A DNA stretch of 64,000 nucleotides from an uncultured Solirubrobacterales bacterium. Lineage in GTDB: Bacteria; Actinomycetota; Thermoleophilia; Solirubrobacterales; 70-9. The notes under the pieces are model-generated. The model was not told the origin of the DNA. It saw only the letters and a list, made by a program, of their open reading frames with translations, and made no database searches. Of the stretch, positions 12,038 to 18,589 are shown piece by piece. Numbering within the stretch: the stretch's first letter is position 1; the number at the start of each line of letters is the position of its first letter. The translations under genes were made by a program, and so were the position numbers. Location of the stretch: assembly GCA_963716345.1 (NCBI GenBank), contig OY970304.1:2075483-2139482 (forward strand), in the 5' to 3' direction.

Positions 12038-12655
12038 ATGTTGAAGCTAAAGCGGCCCTCACCGGCCCTGGTCATCGCTGTTATCGCCCTGATCTGTGCC
12101 CTTAGCGGCACCGCCTATGCCGCCCTGGGCAAGAACTCAGTTGGCTCACGCCAGCTCAAGGCAAAGGCAGTGACCACCGGCAAGATCGCCAATAACGCGG
12201 TCAACGCCGCCAAGGTCGCCGATGGCTCGCTGACCGGCCAAGACATCAACATCGGCGCCCTCGGCACCGTCCCCTCTGCCACCAACGCCGCCCATGCCCA
12301 AAACGCCGACACCGTCGGTGGGCACGGTGCCTCTTGTCCTGCCGCCACCACCTTGATCCGCGGCCTTTGCTTTGACTCCACTTCAAACGGCCCGGCATCC
12401 TCCCTGCAAGCCGCCACCGAAGCCTGCGCGGCAAAGGGCGGCTACCTGCCGACCCCGATGGAGCTCTACTCCACCCGCGGGGTGCTTAACCTCGGCTCTG
12501 GGATCGGCTCAGATCGCCAATACACCGATGAGATCTACTCCAACACCTCCGGCGGTAACTACCGCACGATCGTGATCGACGGCACCGGGGCGCTAACCGA
12601 ACAGGCCCCCTCAAGCGCCGCCCACTACTTCTGCGTCTATGAGCTGGTGCGCTAG
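12038..12655 (+). CDS. Secreted 205-aa protein. The N-terminal part resembles a tail fibre (KxVTTGKIANNAVNAAKVADGSLTG). The C-terminal part is Cys-containing and lectin-like (DUF1566-like).
   Basis: ATG with GAGAGGA upstream. Signal peptide/TM PALVIAVIALICALSGTAYA. The C-terminal segment ...ACAAKGGYLPTPMELYS... resembles the DUF1566 / C-type-lectin-like signature. This assignment is from memory and is not verified. Confidence 0.6.
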   Translation: MLKLKRPSPALVIAVIALICALSGTAYAALGKNSVGSRQLKAKAVTTGKIANNAVNAAKVADGSLTGQDINIGALGTVPSATNAAHAQNADTVGGHGASCPAATTLIRGLCFDSTSNGPASSLQAATEACAAKGGYLPTPMELYSTRGVLNLGSGIGSDRQYTDEIYSNTSGGNYRTIVIDGTGALTEQAPSSAAHYFCVYELVR

Positions 12656-13447
12656 GTGAGAGCCGCGCCCAAGCGCGCCGGCGCCGTCTTGCTCGTTGCC
12701 TTGGCCCTGCTTTGCCTGGTAGCGGGAGCCTCCGCCGAGCAGGCCAAGAAGGGCAACCTGGAGGTCTCCTTTAACGGCGGCATCTCCCCCCAGCACCTGC
12801 CCCGCACCGAAGCGGTGCCGGTCACGGTGCAGATGGGCGGCAAGATCAAGACCACCGATAAATCGATCCCGCCAAAGCTGGAGAGGATCATCTTGGCGAT
12901 CAACTCCGCCGGGCAGATCGAAACCAAGGGCCTACCCACCTGCTCGCTAAAGAAGCTGCAGTCGATCTCCTCTCAGGGAGCCCGCAAGGCCTGCGGGGAT
13001 GCCCTGATCGGCCACGGCAACGTCACCTCCAGGGTAAGCCTGCCCGGCCAAGGAGCCTTTGCCTCAAACGGCACCCTGCAAGCCTTCAACGGCACCTACA
13101 AAGGCCACTCCGCTGTCCTTGCCCAGGTCTCCTCGGGAGCTCCCCTACCGCTGACCTACGTGATCGTCTTTGAAGTCAAAAAGACCAAGGGCACCTTTGG
13201 CACCACCTTGGTCGGCACCCTGCCCCCGATCGCCTCTGAATACGGCTACATCTCTGCCTTTGATCTCTCCCTAGCCCGCAACTACCCCTACAAGGGCAAG
13301 AGCAGAAGCTATGCCTCTGCTTCTTGCCCAGCGCCGAAGGGATTCAGCGCCGCCTCCTTTACCTTCGCCCAGGCGAGCTATGAGTTCGCCGATGGGAGGG
13401 TGCTTTCTTCGAAGCTGGTGCGGCAGTGTCGGGTTCGGGGGAAGTGA
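12656..13447 (+). CDS. Secreted 263-aa protein that appears related to the C-terminal domain of the module B proteins.
   Basis: GTG directly after the upstream TAG. Signal peptide AVLLVALALLCLVAGASA. It shows the same order of elements as the last ~230 aa of B1/B2: a Cys...Cys pair (PTCSLKKLQSISSQGARKAC), then a strand ISAFDLSL (compare VSKFTLEM and GHFALTLL), then a terminal Cys...Cys pair and a basic end (RQCRVRGK). Confidence 0.6.
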   Translation: MRAAPKRAGAVLLVALALLCLVAGASAEQAKKGNLEVSFNGGISPQHLPRTEAVPVTVQMGGKIKTTDKSIPPKLERIILAINSAGQIETKGLPTCSLKKLQSISSQGARKACGDALIGHGNVTSRVSLPGQGAFASNGTLQAFNGTYKGHSAVLAQVSSGAPLPLTYVIVFEVKKTKGTFGTTLVGTLPPIASEYGYISAFDLSLARNYPYKGKSRSYASASCPAPKGFSAASFTFAQASYEFADGRVLSSKLVRQCRVRGK

Positions 13448-13540
13448 GGGCTTCATCCTAAAAAACCACGTGCGTATCTTGACAAACGCGAACTGACATG
13501 TTTGTATTTCAACTTGTATTCGCTTGAGAACCGAGTCGGT

Positions 13541-14248
13541 ATGCACGCTGAACAAGAGGCCAAATCCACCCGTCGCTCACGCGCCTCGCGTCGACGCCCG
13601 GACATTCCTCCGCCCAGTGTCGAGAAGATTCGGCCCCGCTCCGGACTCTCGCGCGACGAGGTGGTCGCCAACCAGCGCCGGCGGATCTTCGCCGGGTTTG
13701 CCGTGGCGCTCGCCTACCACGGCTACGAGGACACAAAGGTCACCGACATCGTCGAACTATCCGGTGTCTCGCGCGCCACTTTCTACGAGCGCTTCGAGAG
13801 CAAGGAGCTTTGCTTTGCCGCCGCCTATGAAGATGGGGTGGAGAGGCTTGCGGCGGCCGTGGGGGAGGCGGTGGGCGGCGAGCGTGATTGGGCCAATCAG
13901 CTCTCCGCCGGGCTCATGGTCGGGCTTGAATTCATCGCGGCCGATCCGTCCCTGGCCCACCTGCTCTTCGTCGAGTCACTGGCCGCGGCGCGCCCCGCTC
14001 GCCTTGAGCACGAGCGTTCGCTGGAGCGCCTGGCGGAGGTTCTGCGGCCACCGGTCGACGGCGCTGAGGTCTCTGCGGAGACTGCTCGAATGCTCGCGGG
14101 GGGTCTCGCCTCCCACGTTTCGGGCTGCATCCTCGCCGGTGAAGCCGAGCGCCTGCCCGAGCTGCACGACCCACTGCTCCAGTATCTCCTCGCCCCGTCG
14201 CTGGCGGCCTTGCGCACCACGGATGAGCGACGAGCCGCCGCGCTTTGA
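13541..14248 (+). CDS. TetR/AcrR-family transcriptional regulator.
   Basis: ORF 13502..14248. ATG 13541 is preferred. HTH region GYEDTKVTDIVELSGVSRATFYERFESKELCF. An A/T-rich region with TTGACA (13479-13484) lies upstream. Confidence 0.75.
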   Translation: MHAEQEAKSTRRSRASRRRPDIPPPSVEKIRPRSGLSRDEVVANQRRRIFAGFAVALAYHGYEDTKVTDIVELSGVSRATFYERFESKELCFAAAYEDGVERLAAAVGEAVGGERDWANQLSAGLMVGLEFIAADPSLAHLLFVESLAAARPARLEHERSLERLAEVLRPPVDGAEVSAETARMLAGGLASHVSGCILAGEAERLPELHDPLLQYLLAPSLAALRTTDERRAAAL

Positions 14249-14906
14249 TCCGGCCGGCTTCGCCGAGCTGCCCGACAGGCTCGCGCTTGGCCAATTGCCC
14301 CCTGGCCGTCACGGTTTGCCACGCTCCTTCGTGGTTCGCAACCAGCGCCTGCGCATCGTTGCCGGCATGCTGCGAGTACTGCCGCGCCACGGCTATGCCG
14401 AGACGACGATCGGTCAGATCATCACGGAGGCTCGCGTCTCCCGGGCCGCCTTTTACCGTCAGTTCGCCGGCAAGGAGGAGTGCTTCCTGGAGGCGTATGA
14501 GCTCGGCGGCGGCTGGCTCTGCGATGGGGTGGAGGCCGCTGTCGCCAGCAAGCCCTGGCCGGCTCGCGTTCGGGTCGGCGTCGGCGAGGCCCTGCGGATA
14601 CTTGCCGCCAACCCGCCGCTGGCCCACCTGATCGCAATCGAGGCGCTGCAGGCCGGCTCCGCCGCCCGCCGACTGCAGCAGGCTAGTCTCGGCCGACTCG
14701 CCGAGATCCTCAGCCTCGGCCGGCCTGAGCGCCCCGAGCTACCCGCCGATCTCGAGTCGTTGCTGCTCGGCGGCGCTCTCTCCGTCGTCTCCCGCCATGT
14801 CGAACAGGGCCGGGTCGAGCAGTTGCCCGAGATCGAAGCCGCCTTGGTCGAGTGCCTGCTGATTCCCTACCTTGGACCGGGAGAAAGCAAGCGGATAGCG
14901 GCTTGA
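14223..14906 (+). CDS. TetR/AcrR-family transcriptional regulator (second copy, overlapping the first by 26 nt).
   Basis: This is the C-terminal third of ORF 13524..14906, starting at ATG 14223 (MSDEPPRF...). HTH region GYAETTIGQIITEARVSRAAFYRQFAGKEECF. The upstream two thirds of that ORF is an off-frame artefact over the first TetR gene. Confidence 0.7.
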   Translation: MSDEPPRFDPAGFAELPDRLALGQLPPGRHGLPRSFVVRNQRLRIVAGMLRVLPRHGYAETTIGQIITEARVSRAAFYRQFAGKEECFLEAYELGGGWLCDGVEAAVASKPWPARVRVGVGEALRILAANPPLAHLIAIEALQAGSAARRLQQASLGRLAEILSLGRPERPELPADLESLLLGGALSVVSRHVEQGRVEQLPEIEAALVECLLIPYLGPGESKRIAA

Positions 14907-14912
14907 GGCCGT

Positions 14913-14920
14913 AGTTCTGA
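14913..14920. repeat. 8-bp target-site duplication AGTTCTGA (left copy) of the IS1-family transposon.
   Basis: The identical octamer abuts the outer side of the right inverted repeat at 18590..18597. Confidence 0.85.
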
Positions 14921-14939
14921 GGCAGTGGGTCAGTTTGAA
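14921..14939. repeat. Left terminal inverted repeat of the IS1-family transposon.
   Basis: GGCAGTGGGTCAGTTTGAA. It is the exact reverse complement of 18571..18589. Confidence 0.85.
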
Positions 14940-15272
14940 TCTCCGGCCTCGCATCTGGGCGGGGGCTAAGCTCACTGGATGGCAGCGAGGGTCAATGCCC
15001 GAACTGCGGGCACCAGATCGGGATACCGGGCATGTTCCACGGCACCGACTCGATGACGATGCATACGCACCGCGAGTGCCCCAACTGCAACCGACTGCTG
15101 ATCTGGTTCAAGGACGCGGAGGAGCTTCCCGAAGGCTGGTTACTTGACGAGCAAGAGGAGGGGCGGCGCCAACGGGCAGAAGGCTAGTCCAGCAGCGCCC
15201 CCGGCGAACGGGCTTGGATGGGGCGGCGCGGTGCATAGCAGACCTTGCCGTTGACCCCATCGGGCTTTCTCG

Positions 15273-16025
15273 CTACTCTGCTCTTACCCCCTCAGGCCGC
15301 TTTGCGGTGGCCTGAGATGCGGAGCCGCCTTGTGCGGCTCTCGCTATTTCTGGGGCCTTGGTCCACCCCGTTGGGCACCTGATTGGCCCTTCCTCGTCGC
15401 TTAGGTCCAAGGGAAGCTGGGCTTTGCGGAGTCGCCGGGGCTGTATCTCCTGGTAGAAGGACTTCGCAGGGATCTTGTGCGGGGAGAGGGCGTAGCTCCT
15501 CACCGAATGAGGGTTAATGATGCCGACCCCAGCGTCATAGACCTGACGCACGATCTCAACGGGTGTCTTCAGGTCGCTGTCGTTGGAGATCACGACAGCG
15601 AGGTCGTAGCGAGCACGCGAGCCGTCAACGAGCAGATGGCTCGCGAGGTTCACGTCCGATCCCTTCTCCTCATGGACCCAAACCTCGCGCAAGCCGATAT
15701 CGCCCTTCTTCCCGCGCTTCGGGGGATTCGTCAAAAGGCGAGTGGCTTTTCGGGTCAGGAACCGGCCATAGATGATCTCGACCTTCGGCAAAGTCTTGAG
15801 CGCCCGTAGATATTCCCGCTGCTGCTTTTGCTGCCCGGGATTGTCTGGTCGGTCTTTGACTTTCGCCGTGAAGTATTTGATCGATACGAGTTCCGCGCCT
15901 GGCTTCACATACTGGCGACAGAGGGCTTCGATATCGAGCCAGCGGTAGGGCTTTCCACGGAGGGAGCCGTAGTAGAGATTGAAGCCATCGATGTAAAAAC
16001 TCATGCGCTTCTTTGGGTACATCAT
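15273..16025 (-). CDS. NYN-domain (LabA/DUF88-like, PIN-related) putative ribonuclease.
   Basis: MSFYIDGFNLYYG... and ...EKGSDVNLASHLLVDGSRARYDLAVVISNDSDLKTPVEIV match the NYN/LabA signature (N-terminal Asp, EKGxD, SxDsD). It starts 17 nt after the transposase stop on the same strand. Confidence 0.75.
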   Translation of the reverse strand: MMYPKKRMSFYIDGFNLYYGSLRGKPYRWLDIEALCRQYVKPGAELVSIKYFTAKVKDRPDNPGQQKQQREYLRALKTLPKVEIIYGRFLTRKATRLLTNPPKRGKKGDIGLREVWVHEEKGSDVNLASHLLVDGSRARYDLAVVISNDSDLKTPVEIVRQVYDAGVGIINPHSVRSYALSPHKIPAKSFYQEIQPRRLRKAQLPLDLSDEEGPIRCPTGWTKAPEIARAAQGGSASQATAKRPEGVRAE

Positions 16026-16042
16026 CGGCCGAGAACTTATCC

Positions 16043-16885
16043 CTAGTCCAGCAGCGCCGCAATCTCTTCAAGCGACCAGACGTGATCCGCCACCCCAGCA
16101 GCCATTGCCGGAGTCCGGGGGTAGCGCTCCTTGAGCGCTGTATGCGAGCGAGCGAAGTTGTAGTGCATGAAGTGCAAGGAAACGGCGTGGGAGAGGTTCT
16201 CGACCTTGCGGCTGAATCCATTGGTCAGCCGAGTAAAGCGCCGCATCCCCATCCGCATCGTCAAGTTCTGCCGCTCCACGTAGCTGGTTGAGATCCGGTC
16301 CGGGTCGGGGTCGCCCTTCCGGGTGAGGCGCTTCGTCCCGGTGCAGACGGCCGGGCTGTATTTGCCCGCCTCCCCGCCGGAGGCATAGACCTTGTGGATC
16401 TGCGCCCAATCGACCTGATGGCGGAAGGACGGCCCCACGGTGCCTTCGTACATCCGGTGGCCGTCAGTCGATAGCTGGATACGGTTGCCCATCCGGCTCG
16501 CCAGATCGGTGAGGAAGACTTCGGCATCGTCTGAGGTCCGCTCCCCGACCAGCCAGGAGGGGACCAGCTTCGTATCGGCGCAGATCGCCGTGAAAGTCCA
16601 AACGTCGCCGTAGCCCGGAGTCCCTTTGAACTCCTCCGGCACGTTCTTGTTCTTCGCGTAGCAGAAGGCCCAAATCTCATCGGCCTCAACGACCTTGCAG
16701 GGAAGGTCCACGAACACGCCGTCCTGGTACTCGGCGCAGGCTTCCCCGAGATCGACCAGCAGTTTGGTGATCGTGTTCTTCGCTGCCCCGGTCATCCGCA
16801 CCGTGGCGCGGATCGAGTTGCCCTCGACCAGGCAGCCGACGATCTGGGCGCGCTTCTCGGTGGAGAGCCTGTTCATACTGACCAT
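16043..16885 (-). CDS. IS1-family DDE transposase.
   Basis: Part of ORF 16043..17002, trimmed to ATG 16885 (MVSMNRLSTEKRAQIVGCLVEGNSIR: N-terminal HTH). The C-terminal signature SYVERQNLTMRMGMRRFTRLTNGFSRKVENLSHAVSLHFMHYNFARSH is typical of IS1-type transposases. Confidence 0.85.
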   Translation of the reverse strand: MVSMNRLSTEKRAQIVGCLVEGNSIRATVRMTGAAKNTITKLLVDLGEACAEYQDGVFVDLPCKVVEADEIWAFCYAKNKNVPEEFKGTPGYGDVWTFTAICADTKLVPSWLVGERTSDDAEVFLTDLASRMGNRIQLSTDGHRMYEGTVGPSFRHQVDWAQIHKVYASGGEAGKYSPAVCTGTKRLTRKGDPDPDRISTSYVERQNLTMRMGMRRFTRLTNGFSRKVENLSHAVSLHFMHYNFARSHTALKERYPRTPAMAAGVADHVWSLEEIAALLD

Positions 16886-16992
16886 TATGCGTAAGCGTTC
16901 GGACAGAAAAAAGCAGGGGAATACACCCAACGTGCGTAGCTTGACGCATTGGCTAACGTAAATACGTGGGTAGTCGATATAGGCTGCACGAG

Positions 16993-17077
16993 CGGAGGGC
17001 ACGGGGGTCGAACCCGTAAACGCTAGGCACGTTGCCCGATTGAAAATCGGGTTGGTTCACCAAATACCAGGCCCTCC
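16993..17077 (-). tRNA. Atypical class-II (long variable arm) tRNA-like gene. Predicted anticodon UUC, discriminator G, no encoded CCA.
   Basis: Manual fold of the minus strand:
- acceptor GGAGGGC/GCCCTCC
- D arm GGT-AUUUGGUGA-ACC
- anticodon arm CCCGA-UUUUCAA-UCGGG
- 17-nt variable arm with an AACG/CGUU stem
- T arm ACGGG-UUCGACC-CCCGU
Position 8 is C rather than U. Not run through tRNAscan-SE. Confidence 0.55.
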
Positions 17078-17235
17078 ATGATGTGGCGAGGACGGAGCGC
17101 TACAACGCTCCGCCCCCGCCTGTAAGGGGGGTGGCGGGCCGGGTCCAGGTCTAAATCGGGAAGCCGGCCCGCACTCTCATCTTCTGGACATCGTTGGCTC
17201 CTGCGTCTTCATGCACAGCCGACTATCAGCCGCGC

Positions 17236-17270
17236 TGTAAAACGACGAAGGGAGCCCGCGGGCTCCCTTC
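17236..17270 (-). terminator. Intrinsic terminator-like hairpin (minus strand).
   Basis: Perfect 24-nt palindrome GAAGGGAGCCCGCGGGCUCCCUUC (17247-17270), followed on the minus strand by GUCGUUUUA. Confidence 0.5.
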
Positions 17271-17490
17271 GCAAGCTCGGTGACGGTGGACAACGCCGGG
17301 CACAAGGCCGCCTCCCAACGGGTGGGCTGCGTCGAAGACAAAAAGGTCTTTCCGGCGATGGCTTCCTTTCCTGAGCTCGCGAGTGGTTGTTCACGCCGAT
17401 CGCGGGGCTCGGAATGCAGATGTCTATTGCGCAGAACGGTAGCCAGCGCCGCGGATGTATCCGCATGCATGACGGCGTCGCAATGTGCAG

Positions 17491-17528
17491 AAACGACAAA
17501 GGGCCGCCGGAAGCCGTGGCGACCCTTT
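17491..17528 (-). terminator. Intrinsic terminator-like hairpin downstream of the 18457..17715 operon (minus strand).
   Basis: Stem GGGUCGCC/GGCGGCCC (one mismatch) with a 9-nt loop, followed on the minus strand by UUUGUCGUUU. Confidence 0.5.
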
Positions 17529-17714
17529 GCCTAAGTCCTTCCCCATCGCAGGCTGGAAGGCAGCGTGAACAAGGGGGACTATAGGACGGCTAGGGGCGGA
17601 AAACTGCAGTAAAAATCCGGGCTTTTTGGCTCTAGAAAGCCAAGTGCATAATGCGACTTATGCCCATTTGGCGCCCTGAGTGGCTTTGGCGCCAACCGGC
17701 AGATCTCCCAGTTT

Positions 17715-17933
17715 TTAAGATTTCCAACGAGCCTGCGCAGCGCGCTTAGCGGCAGCCGACCTTTCCTCCGCCGTCATGCGCTCAGCGCGCACCTTGCCAC
17801 CCTTACGGCCTCCTACTCGCCCAGCACGCGCCTGTGAGGTCTCTGGCTGCGGGGGCGTCTCATCGGTCGCATCGCCGACGATGGCAGCAGCGAGGCGGTT
17901 CAGATCAGCAGGCTTCTTGGACTGCTTGGCCAT
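17715..17933 (-). CDS. Small basic protein (72 aa), third gene of the wHTH-XRE cassette.
   Basis: MAKQSKKPADLNRL...GGRKGGKVRAERMTAEERSAAAKRAAQARWKS. It starts 3 nt after the XRE gene stop. Function unknown. Confidence 0.5.
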   Translation of the reverse strand: MAKQSKKPADLNRLAAAIVGDATDETPPQPETSQARAGRVGGRKGGKVRAERMTAEERSAAAKRAAQARWKS

Positions 17934-17936
17934 GGC

Positions 17937-18212
17937 TCAGAGCGTAGCGTCCTGATCGGGCTTGAACCGGCCGCGCTGGAAGTCTCCCGGCTCCCAGTCG
18001 ATCCCGTCGAACAGGTCGCCCGGATCGACGCCGAGGACCGCTGCGAGCTTCGCCGCCGTATCGATCCTGGGGATGCGAGTGCCCCTCTCGATGTAGCTGA
18101 CCGCTGTGGGATGCAGCGAGGCGCGCATGGCCGTCTCTTCCTGCGAGAGGCCCGCTCGCTTGCGGCAGTAGCGCAGGTTGGCTCCGAATTGCGCTGCCAC
18201 GTCCATGCTCAC
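17937..18212 (-). CDS. XRE-family helix-turn-helix transcriptional regulator.
   Basis: FGANLRYCRKRAGLSQEETAMRASLHPTAVSYIERGTRIPRIDTAAKLAAVLGV is a canonical Cro/C1-type HTH. Paralog of 30080..30394. Confidence 0.8.
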   Translation of the reverse strand: MSMDVAAQFGANLRYCRKRAGLSQEETAMRASLHPTAVSYIERGTRIPRIDTAAKLAAVLGVDPGDLFDGIDWEPGDFQRGRFKPDQDATL

Positions 18213-18457
18213 AAGATCTCCAAGCGATGGCAGTGGTAGGCCGCGTCGGTCAGAAGGAGGGTCTGACCGTGAAGCCGGATCAGACCGTAATTGCTGAGCC
18301 GCCTTACGGCGTGCTCAACGAGTTCCTTGTTGCCGATCTCACGGCTCATTTCGGGCATCGTCCTGTGATGCGGGTGGCAGGCCAGCGCAAGTGCCAGCAC
18401 CGCCCGCTCGGTGCGTTCGTGGTCTTTCGGCGTGTGCCGAATACGCTTCGCCTGCAT
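18209..18457 (-). CDS. Small winged-helix-like DNA-binding protein (82 aa), upstream partner of the XRE gene (4-nt overlap).
   Basis: RAVLALALACHPHHRTMPEMSREIGNKELVEHAVRRLSNYGLIRLHG is a wHTH-like pattern. Paralog of 30391..30639. Confidence 0.6.
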   Translation of the reverse strand: MQAKRIRHTPKDHERTERAVLALALACHPHHRTMPEMSREIGNKELVEHAVRRLSNYGLIRLHGQTLLLTDAAYHCHRLEIL

Positions 18458-18570
18458 CGGAACTCCGTTTCCGGTGCCGGGCCGGGGGACCGTTCGCGCG
18501 GTTGCCCCGGCCGTTTGATTTGTTGACGCTGGCGAAGCTAGAGCAAGGCGGCGCTGCGATCTAGGGCCAT

Positions 18571-18589
18571 TTCAAACTGACCCACTGCC
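18571..18589. repeat. Right terminal inverted repeat of the IS1-family transposon.
   Basis: TTCAAACTGACCCACTGCC is the reverse complement of 14921..14939. Confidence 0.85.

Larger units (their letters stand above)
14921..18589 (-). mobile_element. IS1-family transposon with passenger genes (3,669 bp).
   Basis: Perfect 19-bp terminal inverted repeats GGCAGTGGGTCAGTTTGAA (14921-14939 and the reverse complement at 18571-18589). They begin with GGnnnTG, as IS1-family ends do. Flanked by the direct 8-bp repeat AGTTCTGA. Contains an IS1-type DDE transposase gene (16043..16885). Confidence 0.85.

Noticed and set aside
13524-14906. 460-aa ORF spanning both TetR genes.
   Set aside because: Only the last third, from ATG 14223, has TetR-like sequence. 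The first two thirds is an off-frame read through the first TetR gene, with Pro/Arg/Ser-rich composition.
14975-15187. Zn-ribbon-like small ORF (...GQCPNCGHQIGIPGMFHGTDSMTMHTHRECPNCNRLLIWFKDAEELPEGWLLDEQEEGRRQRAEG) near the left end of the IS1-family transposon.
   Set aside because: The two CPNC pairs look genuine. However, there is no ATG, GTG or TTG upstream of the first Cys pair in this frame; only CTG 14975 and an internal ATG are available. The start may be hidden by an indel. I did not list it as a feature.
15185-15199. 15-nt identity (TAGTCCAGCAGCGCC) with 16044-16058, the 3' end of the IS1 transposase gene. It could be a remnant of a second transposase copy.
   Set aside because: A 15-mer match is within chance expectation for all-against-all comparison of a 64-kb G+C-rich window on both strands. 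The flanks show no further similarity.
16993-17077. Selenocysteine tRNA or opal suppressor (UCA is present in the anticodon loop UUUUCAA), or the tRNA-like domain of a tmRNA.
   Set aside because: With a 5-bp stem and a 7-nt loop, the central triplet is UUC, not UCA. The acceptor and T stems are 7/5, not the bacterial Sec 8/5. A complete anticodon arm and an adjacent 5' acceptor strand argue against a tmRNA 3' domain.
17078-17700. tmRNA, RNase P RNA or SRP RNA in the ORF-poor region. One example is the GGAA-tetraloop segment CGCAGGCUGGAAGGCAGCG at 17547-17565 on the + strand.
   Set aside because: There is no GAGGAAAGUCCGGGC or ACAGAACCCGGCUUA box (RNase P), no tag ORF ending in ..AA-stop with a matching 5' GGGG acceptor (tmRNA), and the SRP-like stretch lacks the conserved AGG/AGCA internal loops. 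This remains unresolved without an Rfam scan.
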